NCBI GenBank assembly: GCA_963663895.2
Contig: CAXXRD010000005.1
Coordinates: forward strand, 160,408 to 224,407
Direction: 5' to 3'
Source: Dehalococcoidia bacterium
GTDB lineage: Bacteria; Chloroflexota; Dehalococcoidia; Bin125
Length of the DNA: 64,000 nt
Below are positions 55,948-64,000 of this stretch, piece after piece. Numbering within the stretch: position 1 is the first letter of the stretch; each line of letters starts with the position of its first letter. Both the position numbers and the translations under genes were made by a program. A model generated the notes under the pieces. The model saw nothing but the letters and a program-made list of their open reading frames with translations. It had not been told where the DNA came from and ran no database searches.

Positions 55948-57032
55948 CGCACCAATGGATCACAACCCAGAGATTGGGAAGGAGATGGCCTGAGGGGTTT
56001 GCGTGCCAGGAAACAGTACAATGGCGTGAAGATTCCGGCCCTGCCGCCGGCGACATAGGCATTTGCGGTCCGATCCATCAACCTGACAACGTCCGCAGAA
56101 CCCTTGGGGAACGCCCCAAGGACCTCAGCCAGCCTGGATGCCCCGATGAGCGCTTTACGGCCCAGCGGAGTTCTCCGCAAGCGCGTTGCCCGTGTTCTGT
56201 GTGTGGTTTCCATGGGTTGATACCACGGCGTGGTCAGACCGTTTCTCCTCGGCGAGACGGCACGGTCCAATCCCTCAATGACCTCGAATCCCGCCGTTAC
56301 GAGCGCCCGATTCACTCCATCCATCGTCGCGATATCCTTGAGCGCGATGCCGTGCATCAGGTCCTGCTTGATGGCCCGATGCCGATTATCGTCGGGATGA
56401 AACTTGTCCGTCATGCACATTTCCTGACCCCAGAAGAGGGCTCCGGGCTTCAGCACCCGGTAGATCTCGGCGAACGCGCTTACCTTGTCAGGCGCATGGC
56501 ACGTCGATTCGATCGCATAACCCCGGTCGAACGTGTCGTCCGCAATGGCGCCCATGTCCATGAAGCTGCACTCAAGGTAGTCGACCATGTGGTCAAGTCC
56601 CGCCTCAGCGTTCAAGGATTTCGCCTTGTCAAGCTGGAGTTTATTGTTGTTGACCCCGACGACCCTAACACCGGCCTCACGGACGACCCGGCGCATCGGG
56701 CCGCCGATCCCGCAACCGACATCGACCACCGTCATGCCTGGCGTAACCTCCAGCTTGGCGATCATCAGTCGCTGATGCCGGATCTTGGACTCCTCCAAGC
56801 TCTCCCCTGGCGATAGTGGCGCGAAGTGCAGGGATTCGCCCCAACCAAAAACCATGAACTCGCCGCAAAGGTCGTAGTATTCCTTGACGGTTTCGGTGTG
56901 GTCGTAGCCCAGTGCGCCAGCCTCCTCTGTGGACATTCTGTCGGTCCATCCATCAAAGCGTTGCACGCGACGGGCGACACTCGACCCTTGATACGCGACC
57001 TTCAAGCCTTTTCCTAGCTTGCGGAGTTGCAT
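55944..57032 (-). CDS. Sterol 24-C-methyltransferase (ERG6/SMT) family SAM-dependent methyltransferase
   Basis: All SMT hallmark blocks are present: YYDLCGEFMVFGWGESLHFAP, VVDVGCGIGGP, VGVNNN, YAIESTCHAPD and YRVLKPG...MCMTDKF. ATG 57032 is preceded by AAAGGGGA (an in-frame TTG lies at 57047). Confidence 0.8.
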   Translation of the reverse strand: MQLRKLGKGLKVAYQGSSVARRVQRFDGWTDRMSTEEAGALGYDHTETVKEYYDLCGEFMVFGWGESLHFAPLSPGESLEESKIRHQRLMIAKLEVTPGMTVVDVGCGIGGPMRRVVREAGVRVVGVNNNKLQLDKAKSLNAEAGLDHMVDYLECSFMDMGAIADDTFDRGYAIESTCHAPDKVSAFAEIYRVLKPGALFWGQEMCMTDKFHPDDNRHRAIKQDLMHGIALKDIATMDGVNRALVTAGFEVIEGLDRAVSPRRNGLTTPWYQPMETTHRTRATRLRRTPLGRKALIGASRLAEVLGAFPKGSADVVRLMDRTANAYVAGGRAGIFTPLYCFLARKPLRPSPSQSLGCDPLVR

Positions 57033-57165
57033 GAGATCCCCTTTCAAAACAGCTAAGGCGAGCGGATTGTTCGCCGGAGACCCGACTGAGCGGCATCCGT
57101 GCCGTGGCCGAGGCCGGCTAGACCATTGAGGTCGTCGGCCGGTAGCGGTGTTCCCCTACGATCGC

Positions 57166-59676
57166 CTACGACGAGGCCTGTTCCTGCTCGTGGCGTTGAT
57201 GGACTTGCTCGATCACCACGTCAAGCTCCTCCGCCATACGCTCCGCCATCGAGCGGAGCCGCGCGTTCTGGTACGCGCCCCAGACCGTCATCGCGGGCGG
57301 GACGACCAGGATGGCGACGATCAGCGAATAGGCGATCGTGATCGCCGCCGTGATGCCGAACTGCTGGAACGCCAGCAGCGGCGAGGCCACCAGTACTCCT
57401 AACCCGAGCGCCGTCGTGAGCCCGGAGCCCAACAGCGCCGAGCCCGTGGTCGAAAGCGTCCGGATCGCCGCCTTCTCCGGGTTGCGCAGGCGCGCGAACT
57501 CCTCCCGGTAGCGATGAATCACATGGATCGTGTAGTCCACCCCGATCCCGATCGAGAGCGCCGTAATGATCGAGGTGACGAGGGTGTAGGGAATACCCAG
57601 CAGCGCCATCGTGCCCAGCACCCAGATGAGGACGAATACGATCGGGCCCACCGCGATGATGGCCAGCACGGGTTGGCGCAGCGTCAGCCAGAAGAAGATG
57701 GCGAGGATGCCGAGGGCCAGCGCAATGGTCGCGCTGATCGACTCTGTCTGTCGGCTCGTGATCTCGTCCGTGACCGTAACCGCGGTGATACTCGACGAAG
57801 TCGCCGTGATCGCATGGTCGTCGCCCAACCAGAGCGCGTCGATCTCCTCCTGGATCCGCTCCGTTTCCTCGGGATCGTCCGTATAGGCCGGGAACTGGAG
57901 CAGCATTGCGTCAATGCCCTCTGGGTCGTTGATCAAAACATGCGCGACGGCGGGATCCCTCGCCTCCAGCTTGTCGAGGAGCTCCTGCATCAGCGCTGAA
58001 TCGAGCTCTACTCCCACCGAGGCTTCCCGGAAGAGCGCGGCGAGCTCCGGGTCGTATTTGTCGCCGGGCTCCCCGCTGTCGTTGGTCCAGTCACGTACGA
58101 GCAACTCGTACGATGCCAGAATCGGTCCCGCTGCCGCCCGGGGGCGGCGCCGTTCGTCCTCAAAGGCGGTCGTGAGATCCTGCAGGTTCAGAAGCGTGCG
58201 GGTCTCGGTGGCCTCGGCCTTCACGAGGACGCTGGCCATCTCCGTTGAGCCGCCGACGGCTGCGTCGAGGGTCTCCATGTCTTCCACCACGCTCCCGTCA
58301 CTGGGCAGGATGTCGCGGATGCTGAATTCCGATTTGAGCCCCGTGGCCGCGAACCCGAGCCCGATCGTCGCCGCGACCACGACGACGAAGTAAGGTGCTG
58401 GCCTGCGTGCGGCCCCCGCTCCCAGCAACTCCGCCCCCCGTTTGATTCCGGGCAGGGCGTTCGCGATCGGGCGGGGCGGTTTCAGCGTGCCCCGTGACTC
58501 GCGCCGCCGGTCGATGATCGTCCGCGCGGCCGGGAGCAGCGTCAGCATCACGATCAGGCTCATCCCCACACCCAGCCCCGCGACGATGCCGAAGTCGCCG
58601 ATCACGCCGATAGGGGAGAACAGATTCGCCAACAGACTCACGATCGTCGTGACAGCGGCGAGCGTGAGCGGGGCGGCGACGTTTCGCAGTCCCCTCCGGA
58701 CCGCTCCCCGCACCGGCTCGCCGGCAGCGCGCTGCTCGCGGTAGTGCGAGACGGCCTGAATCGCATAGTCCACGGTGAGGCTGATCATGATGATCGGCAC
58801 TACCACTGTGAGCGAACTGGGCGGGCCGATCAGACCCAGCGCATCCGGCCCAAGCCAGCCCTCCGCCCCGATGATCCAGATCACCGCAATCAGTAGCCCC
58901 CCCAGGGTGAGCAGCAGATCGGAGAGCGATCGCATGAAGACCAAGATCAGCGCTGCGATCAGCAGCAGCGCCACCCCAATCAGCTGCTGCATCCCCTGCT
59001 CCGTGGCCTCCTTGTACTCATCTTCAACCACCACGGGCGACACGCTGCTCACGCGCAGCAGACCCTCGTCCCCGGCCGCCAGATCGCTGATCTTCCGTTC
59101 GGCGTCCTGAATTCTCTCGTCGTCCGTGTCACGCAGGCGGATGGTGGCGATGGCGACCGGCGTGCCGTCCGTGTCGGTTCCCGTCATCCCGGCGAGCGCC
59201 CCATCGATCTCCGGGGCGCTGCGGGCGGAGTCGATCTCGGCCTGCGTGACCGACTCGAAGCCGTCCACTCGGAGAAGGTCCTTGATCAGCGACGTCGGTG
59301 TGGCAATGGGATCGGCAGGCGCCAGTAGCTCCCTTACGCTTGGGTCGCTAACGATCGCATCGACCAGGGTGTCCATCTGAGAGAGTCCGGCGGGCGTGAG
59401 CGCCTCCCCGCGGAAGACGAGCGTGACAACACGGACCTCGCCGGAGTCCCCAAAGCGCGCATCGATCTCCTCAATCGCCTCGGCGACGGCGTTCCCTGGG
59501 GGAAGGAACGCCAAGGATGCGCCCTCCACCAGTGGTGCGCGCCGCATCGTGCCCGCAGCCAGCAGAACGGTAATGATGAGGAGAACAAGGATCGTGATGT
59601 ACGGGCGGGCCGTGACCAGCCGGCTCAACCTGTCGAGTACCTGATTCATGGCGCGCATTCTAACCGAGGAGGGCAC
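57166..59676 (-). CDS. MMPL/RND-superfamily lipid transporter (HpnN-like, two 6-TM bundles)
   Basis: 836 aa with duplicated TM bundles and large periplasmic loops. The typical MMPL N-terminus LDRLSRLVTARPYITILVLLIITVLL is present. Start uncertain (59676, 59658 or 59649). Confidence 0.8.
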   Translation of the reverse strand: MPSSVRMRAMNQVLDRLSRLVTARPYITILVLLIITVLLAAGTMRRAPLVEGASLAFLPPGNAVAEAIEEIDARFGDSGEVRVVTLVFRGEALTPAGLSQMDTLVDAIVSDPSVRELLAPADPIATPTSLIKDLLRVDGFESVTQAEIDSARSAPEIDGALAGMTGTDTDGTPVAIATIRLRDTDDERIQDAERKISDLAAGDEGLLRVSSVSPVVVEDEYKEATEQGMQQLIGVALLLIAALILVFMRSLSDLLLTLGGLLIAVIWIIGAEGWLGPDALGLIGPPSSLTVVVPIIMISLTVDYAIQAVSHYREQRAAGEPVRGAVRRGLRNVAAPLTLAAVTTIVSLLANLFSPIGVIGDFGIVAGLGVGMSLIVMLTLLPAARTIIDRRRESRGTLKPPRPIANALPGIKRGAELLGAGAARRPAPYFVVVVAATIGLGFAATGLKSEFSIRDILPSDGSVVEDMETLDAAVGGSTEMASVLVKAEATETRTLLNLQDLTTAFEDERRRPRAAAGPILASYELLVRDWTNDSGEPGDKYDPELAALFREASVGVELDSALMQELLDKLEARDPAVAHVLINDPEGIDAMLLQFPAYTDDPEETERIQEEIDALWLGDDHAITATSSSITAVTVTDEITSRQTESISATIALALGILAIFFWLTLRQPVLAIIAVGPIVFVLIWVLGTMALLGIPYTLVTSIITALSIGIGVDYTIHVIHRYREEFARLRNPEKAAIRTLSTTGSALLGSGLTTALGLGVLVASPLLAFQQFGITAAITIAYSLIVAILVVPPAMTVWGAYQNARLRSMAERMAEELDVVIEQVHQRHEQEQASS

Positions 59677-59894
59677 CGGAGGCGGTACCGGCCGGCGCGA
59701 GCGGCTTCGCCGGTAGGTCGAACTGCTACTGTGACTTTCCCCGTCCGCGCCGGTGTCCAGCGGCCGGGCATGTCCCTCGCCGCTGCCGCCTGGAGGTTGT
59801 CGAGGCGCCCCGCATCTCCAGCAGCCCAGCCGTCTGGGAGCTGGCCCTCCGAGGGGCGTGACCTAGTGGCTCACGGCCAGCCCGACCGGTCGGT

Positions 59895-59905
59895 CGTAGT
59901 ACAGT
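59895..59905 (+). repeat. CGTAGTACAGT motif, copy 2
   Basis: TCGTAGTACAGTTTC (59894-59908) is identical to copy 3 over 15 nt. Lies in the divergent MMPL/GT2 intergenic region. Confidence 0.6.
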
Positions 59906-60084
59906 TTCGGTCGGTGTACCGACGCTCGCCGATGAGAATAGCGAAGGGCATGGGAGGGGTTAAGTCGCGCAGCCGGACGGGATGCGGCGGAGCCTCGTCT
60001 TCCGCTCTACCCTTCCTGCCTCAACGCTCTCGAAGCGGGGGCGAGGTTCCATCGATCGCTGACCCGCTTTACCCTCGGCCGCCT

Positions 60085-60810
60085 GTGAAGCTCACGATCA
60101 TCGTCCCCGCTTTCAACGAAGAGAGCTACCTCGCCGCGACTCTGGATTCGATCCAGGCCACCGCGGCGCAGTTACGCGCTCGCTCCGATGTCGACATCGA
60201 GACGATCGTCGTCGACAACAACAGCGCCGATGAGACCGCCGCCATTGCCCGGAGCAAGGGCGCGACGGTCGTGCACGAGCTGGTGCAGGGCATTGCGCGG
60301 GCTCGCAACGCCGGGGCGCGCCATGCCCAAGGGGACGTGCTCGTCTTCGTCGACGCGGACGTGATCGTGCCCTGCGCGCTCCTCGCCGCGATCCACGCGA
60401 CCATGAGCGACCCGGCTTGCATCGGCGGTGGCGTGGACGTGGATTACCGGCCCCGACGCCTCTCCATCAGGCTCTACCTGTGCGCTTGGCGGCTCCTCGG
60501 CCGTCTCCTGGGGATGGGCCAAGGTGCCACGCAGTTCTGCCGGAAGTGCGTCTTTGAACGGGTCGGCGGCTACGACGAACGGGTCTGGATCGGCGAGGAT
60601 GTCGACTTCTATTGGAGCCTCAAGCGTCTCGCAAGGGAAACAGGCCACTCGGTCCGGTTCATACGGAATCCGCGCGTGCGGCCATCCTGCCGCCGCTTCG
60701 ACCAGTGGCCGCTGTGGAAGGTTCTGATCTGGACCAACCCGCTCTTCATCGTGGTGTTCCGCCGCCGCAAGGCCTTCTGGCAGGGCTGGTACTCGCATGC
60801 GGTACGGTAG
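60085..60810 (+). CDS. Family 2 glycosyltransferase
   Basis: LTIIVPAFNEESYL...IVVDNNSADET...VFVDADV (DxD)...GEDVDF. GTG 60085 chosen; the upstream in-frame extension is not protein-like. Confidence 0.8.
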   Translation: MKLTIIVPAFNEESYLAATLDSIQATAAQLRARSDVDIETIVVDNNSADETAAIARSKGATVVHELVQGIARARNAGARHAQGDVLVFVDADVIVPCALLAAIHATMSDPACIGGGVDVDYRPRRLSIRLYLCAWRLLGRLLGMGQGATQFCRKCVFERVGGYDERVWIGEDVDFYWSLKRLARETGHSVRFIRNPRVRPSCRRFDQWPLWKVLIWTNPLFIVVFRRRKAFWQGWYSHAVR

Positions 60811-60910
60811 AGCGCGAGGAACCCGAGCAGAAAAAGACGGTCGCTACGCCACGAATGCTACGTGCAGGGGCGGGCCGTGCCGTGATGGCGCAGCTGCCAG
60901 CGCGAACGTT

Positions 60911-60921
60911 CGTAGTACAGT
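60911..60921 (+). repeat. CGTAGTACAGT motif, copy 3
   Basis: CGAACGTTCGTAGTACAGTTTC (60903-60924), about 70 nt upstream of the PPIase start. Confidence 0.6.
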
Positions 60922-60994
60922 TTCCCTACCATCCTTGTTAGAGGAGGGGTGCCGGTCGAACGTCTCCCGGCGGGTGGAGTGAAAGGGTCGTCCA

Positions 60995-61846
60995 GTGACG
61001 AGGAAGCGTCGGCTGAGCCCGCGCCAGCACGCCCAGCGTGTCCGGCAGCGCCAGGCCGGAACACGCGGCTTCGACCGCGGCGGCGGTCGCCGCTCCATCT
61101 TTCGCTCGAAATACGCCAAGGTGTTCTATGTCGTCGGCATCGTCGGCATCGTCGGCAGCCTGGTGCCCCTGCTGCTGGTCGGCGGAGGGCAGCCGTCCGG
61201 ACCGGCGGCGAGCCGCGGCGAGGGACCCGCGCCGATTTCGCCGCTCGATGAAGATTCCGACGCCGCAAGTCTCGACGAAGCATTGGAGGATGCTGCAGTG
61301 AAGCCTCGATTCGACGCCCCGCCCGCGCTCGCGCTCGATCCTGATACCGAATACTCCGCCATCATGACGCTCGAGGGGGGTGGGGTAATCGAGTTCGAGT
61401 TGTTCGCGGATGTCGCACCGATCCACGCGAACAACTTCATCTTCTTGGCCGAGCAGGGATTCTACGACGGCCTCACCTTTCACCGGGTCCTGGCGGACTT
61501 CGTGGCGCAGGGCGGCGATCCCACCGCGACGGGGACGGGGAGCGCCGGCTACACGCTTCCCGACGAGGTGGTGGGAGGCAATGCGGCGGCGCTGAGCCTC
61601 GGCGGGACCGGGGTCATCTCGATGGCTCGTGGCCCGCGGGGCGCCTCGTCCTCGCAGTTTTTCATCACCCTGACGCCGCAGAGCAGGCTGGACGCCCAGG
61701 GCTTTACGGCCTTCGGCCGCGTCGTCGCCGGCTTCGACGCCGTGCAGGGGATCCGGCTGCGGGATCCCGAAGCGTTCCCGACTCCTCCCGCCGGTACCCG
61801 CATCGTCGGCGTCACGATCGAGCGCGACGGAGCCGGCCGGGAGTGA
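60995..61846 (+). CDS. Cyclophilin-type peptidyl-prolyl isomerase with an N-terminal membrane anchor
   Basis: TM VFYVVGIVGIVGSLVPLLLV. Cyclophilin FHRVLADFVAQGGDPTATGTGSAGYTLPDE...SQFFITL. Confidence 0.85.
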   Translation: MTRKRRLSPRQHAQRVRQRQAGTRGFDRGGGRRSIFRSKYAKVFYVVGIVGIVGSLVPLLLVGGGQPSGPAASRGEGPAPISPLDEDSDAASLDEALEDAAVKPRFDAPPALALDPDTEYSAIMTLEGGGVIEFELFADVAPIHANNFIFLAEQGFYDGLTFHRVLADFVAQGGDPTATGTGSAGYTLPDEVVGGNAAALSLGGTGVISMARGPRGASSSQFFITLTPQSRLDAQGFTAFGRVVAGFDAVQGIRLRDPEAFPTPPAGTRIVGVTIERDGAGRE

Positions 61847-61914
61847 GTCGGCGGGTTCGAGGCGGGAAAAGCCGCCGCCGGCTTGGCTGCTGAGCGGGAG
61901 GGAATTGCGGGCGG

Positions 61915-62184
61915 CTATTCCGGTAGTTGGGGAATCAGCCGCTCGACGATATACATCATCCCAAAGAACGGGATCGAAGCGGCGGCGGAGACGCCCGCCC
62001 AGAGCCATTCCGCTGCGACCAGCAGCAGGATCACCGCACCCAGCGAGAGGCCCATCCCCAGGATGGCGATCACCCGCAACACGACGGCCGTCACCGGAAT
62101 CGGGGGCTGTTGGATCGTCACAACGGTGCGAGCGTACCACTCGGCCTCACCGTAATGGCGGGTAGGGAGCGGGTGCCGCGTCAC
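61915..62184 (-). CDS. Small two-TM membrane protein (hypothetical)
   Basis: 89-aa ORF with two clear hydrophobic helices and GC-rich third positions. No recognisable family. Confidence 0.4.
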   Translation of the reverse strand: MTRHPLPTRHYGEAEWYARTVVTIQQPPIPVTAVVLRVIAILGMGLSLGAVILLLVAAEWLWAGVSAAASIPFFGMMYIVERLIPQLPE

Positions 62185-62400
62185 GGCCGGGCCTGCGGCC
62201 GTCCCGTACGGACACGAATCGAGCCACGTTTCGTCCGTTTTCGTGCGTTGGCGACGCTTATGTTCCTATCTGGCGTGCCGGGTACGTGCGCGGAAATCCC
62301 GAGAAATGATCCCCAAGAGCGCGACGGCCGTTAGCCTCCTGTCGGGCATCCGACGATTCCCAATCTCGTTCTCACCGGACGCTTCCTGGCGAAGCCGCGG

Positions 62401-64000
62401 TCACTCACCAGCCGGTTGTGCGACCGCCACTTCGATTGCGCTGCTGCGGAGCCAGACTCCGACCGGCAATTCCGCCGGCAGGAACAGGAGATCGGGCGTG
62501 ATGGCGCGGCCGGTCGTGTCGCGGAAGCCCAACTCGATGCGGCCGTCGGCGAGGCGCCGGGTGCGGACCTTGCCGAGCGTCTCCTCGGAGAACACGATGT
62601 CGCTGGTCACGTGCCACAGAGCGATCGGGGCATCGGCCAGCAGGAGGCGCGCGCGCGGCAGGATCTGCTGGCCGTTGGCCAACTCCACCCCGTGCTCGAC
62701 ACTCCCATCCTCGGTCAGCCGCGCGATGATGCGCAGCTGATGGGGTTCGGCCGGCGGGTCCAGCACTACCTCCGGCGGTTGATCCGGCGCGTGTAGCGAA
62801 CCGACCTCCGGGTCGGAGGAGATCCCAAGACGGTCCAGGAAGCGCGAGTTCTCGCCGTCCCCGGAGGAAGCCGCGCAGAGCGCTGCGTCGCTCCCGAACC
62901 CGAAGAGGGGCAAGGCGGCGCGAAGCTCCGCGTCTTGCGCGTGCGGGTAGGGTTCGGCGCCGCAAGAGGCCTGTGCGGCCAGCTCATTGATCATCGCCCG
63001 GACGGCCGGGTCCTGCCAGCCCGCTTCCGCCTCCCGCGCGGCCCGGACGGTGTCGCCCGCGGCCGCCAGCGGCGCGAGGATGCGCTCCGCGTAGGCCAGC
63101 TCGCTGTGGAGCGCGACCGCCTCCGCGAACGAGATCGCCCCGCCGCCTGCGATCCGCTCCGCAAGCGCGCTCCAGGAGGCCGACAGCGCTGCGTAATGCC
63201 GGGCTCCCCTGTCGGCCATCCGCAGCACGAGCTCCTCCACCGCGAGCGGATTGATCGCCTCGCTCGCAGCCAGCGTCTCCTCAAGGCCGGATCGCTCGAT
63301 GGCGTCTGCGTACTGCTCCGCGAACGCTTGGAACAGCGTGTCCGATGATGCGTTCGCGATGCTGATTGCCAGTGGCTCTTCGCTCGCCGTCAGGCCCGCG
63401 AGCCCGGGCCGCTCGAAGATCCCGTCCAAGAGGAGCGCATGCACGGCCGCGGCGTAGATCGCCTTGGCCCGCACTGTCTCAGCGACCTCCCCCTCGGGCT
63501 CCATGATGGCGGTGACCGTGGTGGTCACGAGCCCTTCGGCGTCGGCCGTGGCCGCGACCGCGTATTCCGAGCCGTCGATCGTGACCGTGACCGGGCCGAA
63601 GGTGGTGGGGCCGCTCACCACCCGCAGGTTCTGCCAAAGGCCGTGCCAGGCGATCTCCTCGTCGTCTGCGTCGAAAGCGAGGACGGCGACGAACACCCAT
63701 GAGGGGCCTGGCCGGGAGAGAGTCATCGTGATCGGCTGCACCTCGGCCAGCGTCGTGCTGGTGGCATTGGCCAGCTCTGGGCTGGAGTGGTAGGCCACTC
63801 CGGCTTGCCAGCGGTCCTCGGACACTGAAATCGTGTTGAGCCGTTCGAACTCGCGCGGGGCGACCGCGTAGAGGATGACGCTCGTCCCCTCGGGGAGTGC
63901 CCCGCCGCCCAGGTTGCCGATCCGATAGTTGGCGGCGAAGGGCTCGCCTGCAATCACCTCGTCGGGGACAGCCGTTTCCTCGATCTTGAGGAGGAAGGTA
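62401..64000 (-). CDS. Large hypothetical protein, 5-prime end probably outside the window
   Basis: Frame is open from 62401 to the window edge; the listed GTG 63957 is only the first possible start. No motif recognised. Confidence 0.5.
   Translation of the reverse strand, partial: TFLLKIEETAVPDEVIAGEPFAANYRIGNLGGGALPEGTSVILYAVAPREFERLNTISVSEDRWQAGVAYHSSPELANATSTTLAEVQPITMTLSRPGPSWVFVAVLAFDADDEEIAWHGLWQNLRVVSGPTTFGPVTVTIDGSEYAVAATADAEGLVTTTVTAIMEPEGEVAETVRAKAIYAAAVHALLLDGIFERPGLAGLTASEEPLAISIANASSDTLFQAFAEQYADAIERSGLEETLAASEAINPLAVEELVLRMADRGARHYAALSASWSALAERIAGGGAISFAEAVALHSELAYAERILAPLAAAGDTVRAAREAEAGWQDPAVRAMINELAAQASCGAEPYPHAQDAELRAALPLFGFGSDAALCAASSGDGENSRFLDRLGISSDPEVGSLHAPDQPPEVVLDPPAEPHQLRIIARLTEDGSVEHGVELANGQQILPRARLLLADAPIALWHVTSDIVFSEETLGKVRTRRLADGRIELGFRDTTGRAITPDLLFLPAELPVGVWLRSSAIEVAVAQPAGE

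Noticed and set aside
59895-59925. Copy 2 of the CGTAGTACAGT motif followed by GGTGTACCGACG, considered as a second tRNA-Arg 3-prime-end (att) repeat that would bound a larger 14-kb island
   Set aside because: Aligned base by base to the tRNA end, only GTACC.GACG matches. The preceding 11 positions agree at 4, which is much weaker than the 16/19 match at 50381-50399.
60938-62140. 400-aa minus-strand ORF
   Set aside because: It is antisense to the cyclophilin gene, which has clear motifs, and its Arg/Gly/Asp-rich sequence is not protein-like. The smaller membrane ORF at 61915-62184 was kept separately at low confidence.
1-64000. Search by eye for CRISPR arrays, rRNA genes, transposases or integrases, toxin-antitoxin pairs and long tandem repeats
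   Set aside because: None found. The only RNA gene recognised is tRNA-Arg, and the only repeats are those listed. Small ncRNAs or riboswitches cannot be excluded without covariance-model searches.

Overview
High-GC bacterial chromosomal window. My spot counts of single 60-nt lines give about 73% GC in core genes (24001-24060). The gene content is compatible with a Chloroflexota/Thermomicrobia-like organism, but the taxon cannot be proven from sequence alone.

Most of the window is densely packed housekeeping DNA on both strands:
- rph (partial), comEA-comEC, argF, cdaA-cdaR, der-plsY-gpsA
- HEAT/NUDIX/GNAT genes
- a long minus-strand operon: GNAT-like, PHP, and two HadAB-like hotdog dehydratase pairs
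- a reduced nuo operon (A-C-D-H-J-K-orf66-L-M-N, with no B/E/F/G/I)
- ybeY, dnaX-ybaB-recR-recO, polyprenyl synthase-tatD-metG-rsmI, a CBS-less IMPDH-like gene, hisS-prfA-prmC, rel, comM/yifB, a VOC protein and tRNA-Arg(CCG)

Three accessory segments with visibly lower GC stand out:
1. A GmrSD-like (DUF262 + DUF1524 + RAMA-like tail) type IV restriction gene on the opposite strand, lying exactly between the two partners of one hotdog dehydratase pair (13.2-15.6 kb).
2. A 4.6-kb island directly after tRNA-Arg. It carries a PLD/HKD-family (BfiI/NgoFVII-like) nuclease plus two paralogous SPPY DNA methyltransferases, one with an N-terminal excisionase-type HTH. It ends at a degenerate copy of the tRNA 3-prime end.
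3. The most interesting part: a lipid-tailoring cluster at 51.2-59.7 kb. It contains an unmistakably ERG6-like sterol C-24 methyltransferase homolog, a GPP34(GOLPH3-like)-cytochrome P450 fusion, a KshA/Neverland/SdmA-class Rieske oxygenase, a COG2907-type FAD oxidoreductase and an MMPL/RND transporter. A perfect 49-nt palindrome sits over the P450 start codon.

Other observations are an apparent frameshift in comEC and a recurring CGTAGTACAGT intergenic motif. No rRNA, CRISPR array, transposase or integrase was seen. All family assignments are from motif recognition by eye; no searches were run.
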